The notes beneath the pieces were generated by a model that worked only from the letters and a program-made list of their open reading frames with translations, searched no databases and was not told the DNA's origin. This document shows, piece by piece, positions 58,180 to 64,000 of a DNA stretch of 64,000 bases. Positions within the stretch are counted from its first letter, which is position 1; each line of letters begins with the position of its first letter. The stretch lies in NCBI GenBank assembly GCA_964578175.1, contig CAZOBH010000003.1, forward strand, positions 10,159 to 74,158. The letters run 5' to 3'. A program made the position numbers and the translations under genes. This DNA is from an uncultured Clostridium sp. Lineage in GTDB: Bacteria; Bacillota_I; Bacilli_A; RF39; UBA660.

Positions 58180-58836
58180 CTATACTTCCTTAATAATCTC
58201 AGAAACTTGATTTAAAGTATCATCTGGATTATTTCCAGCATCAACTCTACTTAAACAATTTTTATTTTCATAAAAATCTATTAATGGTTTTGTTTGTTCT
58301 ACAAATGTTTTATATCTAACTTTTAATGATTCTTCATTATCATCATTTCTTTGATATAAATCAGATCCACACTTATCACAAACACCTTCATTTTTAGGCA
58401 TCATTTCTGGATTATTGATATTGTATATTTCACCACATTTAGAACAAATTCTTCTACCTGTGATTCTATTTATTAATATACTTTCATCAACATCAAGTAA
58501 AATAGCTTCACCTAAATCTATATTTAATTCTGAAATTATTTCATCATATTTTTTTGCTTGTTCTATATTTCTAGGAAAACCATCTAAAATAATTCCATTT
58601 TTCACATCAGGTTTTTCTAATCTATTTTTTAATACTTCATATACAAGTTCATCATCTACAAGCAAACCTTTTTCTTGTATACCTTTTATTTTTTCTCCTA
58701 AGGGAGTACCACTTTTAACAATATCCCTTAGTAAATCTCCTGTTGATATATGAATATAATTGTATTTTTCTACTAAAGCATTTGCTAAAGTTCCTTTTCC
58801 TGCTCCTGGAGCAGCAATCAATATCAAATTCTTCAT
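58180..58836 (-). CDS. adk: Adenylate kinase (with a Zn-finger lid, CxxC...CxxC)
   Basis: GAPGAGKGT P-loop. Lid CSKCGEIY...CDKCG. Confidence 0.95.
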   Translation of the reverse strand: MKNLILIAAPGAGKGTLANALVEKYNYIHISTGDLLRDIVKSGTPLGEKIKGIQEKGLLVDDELVYEVLKNRLEKPDVKNGIILDGFPRNIEQAKKYDEIISELNIDLGEAILLDVDESILINRITGRRICSKCGEIYNINNPEMMPKNEGVCDKCGSDLYQRNDDNEESLKVRYKTFVEQTKPLIDFYENKNCLSRVDAGNNPDDTLNQVSEIIKEV

Positions 58837-58837
58837 A

Positions 58838-60103
58838 CTATCTTCTTGAATAACCTCTTTTATAATTTCTACTAACTAAACTTGCTTCCAATTGTTTATA
58901 TGTTTCAAGTAAAACTCCAACAACGATTAACAAACTTGTACCACCAATTGATACAGTAGTTGGCATCTTTGTTACAGCACTGAATACAATTGGAATAGCA
59001 GCTAAGAATGCAATAGCAAAACCTCCAACTAATGTAAGTCTTACTAATACTCTACTTAAATAATTTTCAGTTGCTTTTCCTGGTCTTACTCCTGGTATAT
59101 ATCCACCAGCTTCATTAATATTTTTTGCAAATTCATCTGGTCTAATTTGAATAAATGTATATACATATGAGAATAAATAAATTAATAATACATAAATTAT
59201 AAATCCTACTGGTTGTGTATATGTTAAATATTTATTTGCAAATGAAGTAAATGCTTCATTTTTAGCAAAATTTGCAATTGTTGCAGGTATTGCAAGTAAA
59301 CTTGATGCAAATATTACTGGTATAACTCCAGCTACATTTATTTTAATAGGCATATATGATCTATTATTAGCATAAGCAATTGTTGTTTTATTAGCGTATT
59401 GAATTTTAATTTTTCTATGAGCTTCTTCAACAAAAATAACACCTATAATAACTAATAAATAAATAACTATAAATCCTATAAATAATGCTGGTCCAACAAT
59501 ATCATTATAAGTTCCTTTAGAAATTAATTCTTGGAATGCTGTTGAGAATGTTTGAGGCATCTCAATTATAATTCCAGCCATGATTATCAAAGACACTCCG
59601 TTACCTAAACCTTTTTGAGTAACTTGATCTCCTAACCATAATAAGAATGCTGTACCTGCTGTTAATATTAGTGATATATAAAGATATTCAAATGTGCTTT
59701 TTCCACTTCCTAACATAAGAAATGAATAAGCAAAACCTTGAATAAATGCAAAAGCAATTCCTGTATATCTCGTTATTTTAGTAATTTTTTGTCTTCCTGT
59801 AGGTCCTTCCTTACGCAACTCACTGAAATATGGAACTATATCCATTTGAAGTAATTGCATAACGATTGATGCACTAATATATGGCATAACACCTAATGCA
59901 AATATTGAAAAGTTTCTAAGAGCTCCTCCACTCATTGCATTAACTATTTCCATAAATCCAAGTGAACCAGTATAATCTGTAGTTCCTGGAACACGTACAT
60001 TAACACCTATAACAAAAATTAATAATACTAATAAAGTAAAATAAATTCTATGTCTTATATCTTTATTAGATGGTGAAAATATAAGTTTCAAATTACGAAA
60101 CAT
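58838..60103 (-). CDS. secY: Preprotein translocase subunit SecY
   Basis: 10-TM pattern and synteny. Confidence 0.95.
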   Translation of the reverse strand: MFRNLKLIFSPSNKDIRHRIYFTLLVLLIFVIGVNVRVPGTTDYTGSLGFMEIVNAMSGGALRNFSIFALGVMPYISASIVMQLLQMDIVPYFSELRKEGPTGRQKITKITRYTGIAFAFIQGFAYSFLMLGSGKSTFEYLYISLILTAGTAFLLWLGDQVTQKGLGNGVSLIIMAGIIIEMPQTFSTAFQELISKGTYNDIVGPALFIGFIVIYLLVIIGVIFVEEAHRKIKIQYANKTTIAYANNRSYMPIKINVAGVIPVIFASSLLAIPATIANFAKNEAFTSFANKYLTYTQPVGFIIYVLLIYLFSYVYTFIQIRPDEFAKNINEAGGYIPGVRPGKATENYLSRVLVRLTLVGGFAIAFLAAIPIVFSAVTKMPTTVSIGGTSLLIVVGVLLETYKQLEASLVSRNYKRGYSRR

Positions 60104-60104
60104 A

Positions 60105-60548
60105 TTAGATCACCTCGTATTTACTTCCTGCTGCATTTATCTTTTCTATTGCAATTTTTGAAAATTTATTAGCTTGAATTGTAACTTTTTTAGTTAATTC
60201 ACCATTTCCTAATACTTTAACTCCGTCTTTTTGATTCTTTAAAAGACCACTTTCTTTTAATAGTGCTGGTGTAATTAAAGTATTGTCATCAAAAACATTT
60301 AAATCACTAACATTAATAACTGAATAAGTTGTTTTAAATTTGGCATTAGAGAATCCTCTTTTTGGTAATCTTCTATATAGTGGTAATTGTCCACCTTCGA
60401 AGTTAACTCTAACTCCTCCACCGCTTCTTGAATTTTGTCCTTTTTGTCCTCTTCCAGCTGTTTTTCCGTTTCCTGTTCCTCTACCTAAACCTTTTCTTTT
60501 AGCACGATGAGTAGCACCGATATTTTTTTCTAATTCATGTAATTTCAT
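60105..60548 (-). CDS. rplO: 50S ribosomal protein L15
   Basis: Gly-rich N-terminus and synteny. Confidence 0.95.
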   Translation of the reverse strand: MKLHELEKNIGATHRAKRKGLGRGTGNGKTAGRGQKGQNSRSGGGVRVNFEGGQLPLYRRLPKRGFSNAKFKTTYSVINVSDLNVFDDNTLITPALLKESGLLKNQKDGVKVLGNGELTKKVTIQANKFSKIAIEKINAAGSKYEVI

Positions 60549-61060
60549 TATCCTAAAATCTCCTCTACTGTTTTTCCTCTTAATTCTGCAACATGTTCAG
60601 GTGTTTTTAATTGTTTTAATGCATTTAATGTAGCATTAGCCATATTATTTTTAGTTCTTGAACCTAATGATTTTGATAAAATATCATGAATTCCAGCAAG
60701 TTCAAGTACAGAACGAACAGCTCCACCAGCGATAACTCCAGTACCAGCTGATGCAGGTCTTAATACAACTTTAGCTGCTCCACTTACACCTAATAATTCA
60801 TGTGCAATTGTTCTATTATCTGTTATAGGTACTTTAATAACATTTTTATTTGCAGCTTGAATAGCTTTCTTTATAGCATCAGGTACTTCAGCGGCTTTTC
60901 CAATACCTAATCCAACGCGACCTTTTCTATCTCCAACAACTACAGTAGCAGAAAATCTTCTTTGTCTACCACCTTTATTAACTTTAGTAACACTTTTGAT
61001 TTCAATTACTTGTTCTTCAAAAATCTTATTAGCCTTTGGGTCTTTCTTTTCTCTTTGCAT
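60548..61060 (-). CDS. rpsE: 30S ribosomal protein S5
   Basis: Family pattern and synteny. Confidence 0.95.
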   Translation of the reverse strand: MQREKKDPKANKIFEEQVIEIKSVTKVNKGGRQRRFSATVVVGDRKGRVGLGIGKAAEVPDAIKKAIQAANKNVIKVPITDNRTIAHELLGVSGAAKVVLRPASAGTGVIAGGAVRSVLELAGIHDILSKSLGSRTKNNMANATLNALKQLKTPEHVAELRGKTVEEILG

Positions 61061-61073
61061 AATTACCCTCCTT

Positions 61074-61436
61074 TTAGAATTCTAAACCTTGTTCACGTGC
61101 TGCTTCAGCTAATGCTTCAACACGTCCATGATAAAGATAACCACCTCTATCAAATACAACTTTTTTAATGTTAGCTTTTAATGCTTTTTTAGCAATGTCT
61201 TCACCAACTATTTTAGCTGCTTCAACATTACTTCCATTTGTTATCTTTAAACTCTTATCTGTTGAAGTAGAACTAACTAAAGTTTTTCCACTTTCATCAT
61301 CAATGATTTGAGCAGATATATTAGAGTTTGATCTATAAACGTTTAATCTTGGAACAGCACTAGTACCAAAGATTACATTTCTTTCACGATCATGTCTAGC
61401 TTTACGCATAACATTTCTTGATTCTTTTTTAATCAT
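61074..61436 (-). CDS. rplR: 50S ribosomal protein L18
   Basis: Family pattern and synteny. Confidence 0.95.
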   Translation of the reverse strand: MIKKESRNVMRKARHDRERNVIFGTSAVPRLNVYRSNSNISAQIIDDESGKTLVSSTSTDKSLKITNGSNVEAAKIVGEDIAKKALKANIKKVVFDRGGYLYHGRVEALAEAAREQGLEF

Positions 61437-61460
61437 AAGTAACTCTCCTTATCTTAATTT

Positions 61461-61997
61461 TTAAGCAGCCTTTTTACCTTCTTTAGTATGAACGACTTCG
61501 TCTTTATAACGAATTCCTTTACCTTTATAAGGTTCTGGTTGTCTTACTTTTCTTACTTGTGCTGCAAATTCTCCTACTAAAACTTTATCAATTCCACTAA
61601 TACTTAATTCAGTATTACTTGGAACTTCAACTTTTAATCCTTCTGGTATATCTAATTCTACAGGATGAGAATATCCAGCATTAATTACAATTTTATTTCC
61701 TTTTAATGCAAATCTATATCCAACACCAATTATTTCTAATCCTTTTGTGTAACCATTAGTTACTCCGATCATCATATTATTGATGTTAGCATTAATAGTT
61801 CCTTGCATAACATTAGTTGTATCGTTATCTTTTACTTTATGAACTTCTAAAGTGTCTCCTTCTACTTTAATCTCTATACCTTTTACAAGATGAGTAGTAA
61901 GTTCTCCTTTAGGTCCTTTAACAGTTACAACGTTGTTATCTACATTAATAGTAACTCCTGCAGGAATTACCAATTTTCTATCTCCTATACGACTCAT
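61461..61997 (-). CDS. rplF: 50S ribosomal protein L6
   Basis: Family pattern and synteny. Confidence 0.95.
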   Translation of the reverse strand: MSRIGDRKLVIPAGVTINVDNNVVTVKGPKGELTTHLVKGIEIKVEGDTLEVHKVKDNDTTNVMQGTINANINNMMIGVTNGYTKGLEIIGVGYRFALKGNKIVINAGYSHPVELDIPEGLKVEVPSNTELSISGIDKVLVGEFAAQVRKVRQPEPYKGKGIRYKDEVVHTKEGKKAA

Positions 61998-62024
61998 AAT
62001 AGACCTCCTTACACTTTATCCATT

Positions 62025-62423
62025 CTACCAAATATACGCAAGTACTTCTCCACCAAGATGTTGTTTTCTTGCTTCTTTATCTGTCATTATACCTTTAGAA
62101 GTAGAAATAATAGCTATTCCAAGTCCATTTAATACTTTTGGTATTTCTTCTGACTTAGCATATACTCTTAATCCTGGTTTTGATATACGTTTTAATTCAG
62201 TAATAACTCTTTCTTTATTAACATATTTTAAAGTTAATATAATATTACTTTGGTTTTTGTCTTTTTCAATTTTATAATCTTTTATAAATCCTTCTTCTTT
62301 TAAAATTCTAGCAATTTCTTCTTTAAGTTTAGAAGCAGGTACTGAAACTTCTTCATAACGCATTGCATTTGCATTTCTAATACGAGTAAGCATATCAGCG
62401 ATTGTATCAGTTACTACAGCCAT
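62025..62423 (-). CDS. rpsH: 30S ribosomal protein S8
   Basis: Family pattern and synteny. Confidence 0.95.
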   Translation of the reverse strand: MAVVTDTIADMLTRIRNANAMRYEEVSVPASKLKEEIARILKEEGFIKDYKIEKDKNQSNIILTLKYVNKERVITELKRISKPGLRVYAKSEEIPKVLNGLGIAIISTSKGIMTDKEARKQHLGGEVLAYIW

Positions 62424-62443
62424 TTTTATTTCCTCCTTCCCAA

Positions 62444-62629
62444 TTACCAGCTTGATTTTTTAACGCCTGGTATTTGTCCTTTACTAGCTAATTCTCTAAA
62501 GCAAATACGGCATATTCCAAATTCACTCATAACTGCATGTGGTCTTCCACATCTTTTGCAACGAGAATATTCTCTAACTTTGAATTTTTGCTTTCTATTA
62601 GCTTTTACTATCATACTTTTTCTTGCCAT
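62444..62629 (-). CDS. rpsZ: 30S ribosomal protein S14 type Z (zinc-binding, C4)
   Basis: 61 aa. CxxC...CxxC ([20 protein letters not shown]). Confidence 0.95.
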   Translation of the reverse strand: MARKSMIVKANRKQKFKVREYSRCKRCGRPHAVMSEFGICRICFRELASKGQIPGVKKSSW

Positions 62630-62642
62630 AATTTACCTCCGA

Positions 62643-63182
62643 TTACTTTCTAAATGGAATTCCAAGTTCATCTAGTAAGTCAAATGCTTCTTCATTAGTT
62701 TTAGCAGTTGTAACTAAAACAATATCCATTCCTCTTACTTTAACTACTTTATCAAATTCTATTTCTCCAAAAATTAATTGTTCTTTAATTCCTAAAGTAT
62801 AGTTTCCTCTTCCATCAAATGCTTTAGGAGAAACTCCTCTAAAATCACGAACACGAGGTAATGATATAGATATAAGTTTATCTAAGAAGTTATACATATT
62901 TTCTCCTCTTAGAGTAACTTTACATCCAATAGCTTGACCTTCTCTAACTTTAAATCCAGCTATTGATTTTTTAGCTTTAGTAATTATTGGTTTTTGTCCA
63001 GAAATTAAAGCTAAATCTTCTACTGCTGCTTCTAACATTTTAGAATTAGTAGTAGCGTCTCCTACACCCATATTTATTACTATCTTATCAAGTTTTGGTA
63101 CTTCCATAACTGATTTGTAATTATATTTTTTCTTTAAACTTGGTACTATTTCCTTTAGATATTTTTCTTTTAGGCGGTTCAT
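62643..63182 (-). CDS. rplE: 50S ribosomal protein L5
   Basis: Family pattern and synteny. Confidence 0.95.
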   Translation of the reverse strand: MNRLKEKYLKEIVPSLKKKYNYKSVMEVPKLDKIVINMGVGDATTNSKMLEAAVEDLALISGQKPIITKAKKSIAGFKVREGQAIGCKVTLRGENMYNFLDKLISISLPRVRDFRGVSPKAFDGRGNYTLGIKEQLIFGEIEFDKVVKVRGMDIVLVTTAKTNEEAFDLLDELGIPFRK

Positions 63183-63196
63183 TTTAACACCTTCCT

Positions 63197-63505
63197 TTAC
63201 TTATCTATCTTTTCGCCAGATTTTTTAGCGACTCTAATTTTTTTATCTTTGTTGATAGTATGACCTATTCTAGTAGGTTTCTTAGTTTTTGGATCAACTA
63301 ACATAACGTTTGATGCATCAATCTTAGCTTCCTTTTCTATAATTCCACCAGTTGATGTAGCGCTTTGTCTTTCATGTTTTTTTACGATATTAACACCTTC
63401 AACAATTACTTTATTTTCATTCTTGAAAGTTCTAAGTATTTTTCCTTGTTTACCCTTACTAGCTCCAGTTATTACTTCAACATTATCTCCAACTTTTAAC
63501 TTCAT
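63197..63505 (-). CDS. rplX: 50S ribosomal protein L24
   Basis: KOW motif and synteny. Confidence 0.95.
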   Translation of the reverse strand: MKLKVGDNVEVITGASKGKQGKILRTFKNENKVIVEGVNIVKKHERQSATSTGGIIEKEAKIDASNVMLVDPKTKKPTRIGHTINKDKKIRVAKKSGEKIDK

Positions 63506-63514
63506 AATGTCCTC

Positions 63515-63883
63515 CTATAATACTTCCTTAGCTAAAGACACAATTTTCATGAAATCTTTTTCACGAAGTTCACGTGCTACAGGTCCGAAAATACGAGTTC
63601 CGATTGGGCTCTTATCATCTCTGATAATTACACATGCATTATCATCAAATTTAATATAAGATCCATCTTCTCTTCTTATTCCGAATGTTGTTCTTACTAT
63701 AACAGCTTTAACTACAGCTCCCTTTTTTACAGCTCCATTAGGTGTTGTATTCTTAACTGTACCAACAACTATGTCTCCTATGTTTCCTGTTTTAACTTTA
63801 CTTCCACCAAGGACTTTAATAACTAAAAGTTCTTTAGCTCCTGTATTATCAGCAACTTTTAAACGACTTTCTTGTTGAATCAT
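63515..63883 (-). CDS. rplN: 50S ribosomal protein L14
   Basis: [18 protein letters not shown]-terminus. Confidence 0.95.
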   Translation of the reverse strand: MIQQESRLKVADNTGAKELLVIKVLGGSKVKTGNIGDIVVGTVKNTTPNGAVKKGAVVKAVIVRTTFGIRREDGSYIKFDDNACVIIRDDKSPIGTRIFGPVARELREKDFMKIVSLAKEVL

Positions 63884-63904
63884 AATTAATCCTCCTTCAC
63901 CTAA

Positions 63905-64000
63905 TTATAATATAACTGCTTCTTTAACAATCTCTGCTAAATAGAAACGTTTAGTAGCTGAAATTGGTTTAGTTTCAACTATTTTAACTACATCTCCTTC
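63905..64000 (-). CDS. rpsQ: 30S ribosomal protein S17, C-terminal fragment; truncated by the window end
   Basis: Hand translation: ...[30 protein letters not shown]. Confidence 0.8.
   Translation of the reverse strand, partial: EGDVVKIVETKPISATKRFYLAEIVKEAVIL

Noticed and set aside
58415-58753. 112-aa plus-strand ORF
   Set aside because: Antisense to adk.
60962-62277. Plus-strand ORFs of 68, 80 and 114 aa
   Set aside because: Antisense to rpsE, rplF and rpsH.
63423-63659. 78-aa plus-strand ORF
   Set aside because: Antisense to rplX and rplN.
1-64000. CRISPR arrays, rRNA genes, transposases or integrases
   Set aside because: No regularly spaced direct repeats, no rRNA-like GC-rich conserved blocks, and no DDE or tyrosine-recombinase ORFs were seen anywhere in the window.

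Overview
AT-rich low-GC chromosomal segment (GC looks under 30% by eye) from a Gram-positive Firmicutes-type genome, Clostridia or Erysipelotrichia-like. Nearly every real gene is on the minus strand.

The 3' end (about 49.0-64.0 kb) holds the conserved ribosomal and core-machinery block: rpsQ (partial), rplN, rplX, rplE, rpsZ, rpsH, rplF, rplR, rpsE, rplO, secY, adk, map, infA, rpmJ, rpsM, rpsK, rpoA, rplQ. After rplQ come an inserted SDR gene and a secreted N/K/Y-rich protein, then an ECF-transporter-like module (ecfA1/ecfA2/ecfT) whose ATPase motifs are eroded, then truA, rplM, rpsI. The rest is housekeeping: recX (partial), rpoZ, der, engB, nrnA, ackA, thiI, ltaS, gatCAB, fhs, htrA, and a COG0523 GTPase.

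Five accessory regions stand out:
- A tightly coupled four-gene cassette on the opposite (plus) strand (25.35-29.30 kb). It encodes a coiled-coil/membrane-hairpin protein, two small proteins and a katanin/Vps4-like classic AAA ATPase with an N-terminal extension. This is the best candidate for an undescribed system.
- An orphan phosphorelay (4.3-6.8 kb): Hpt, a CheY-like receiver, and a PAS-REC protein whose HD-GYP motifs are degenerate. A membrane sensor with a degenerate GGDEF domain lies at 17.2-19.2 kb.
- An Abi_2 (AbiD/AbiF-type) abortive-infection gene beside an HD-domain protein, between htrA and rpsI.
- The longest non-coding stretch in the window (about 640 bp, 39.65-40.29 kb). It has a strong extended -10 promoter, a roughly 250-nt structured leader ending in an attenuator-like hairpin, then four small unknown genes, then tRNA-Trp(CCA).
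- A TetR regulator divergent from an acyl-CoA ligase, with palindromic candidate operators between them.

No rRNA, CRISPR array, transposase or integrase was seen. All calls rest on motif recognition by eye; no database search or RNA-folding computation was possible.
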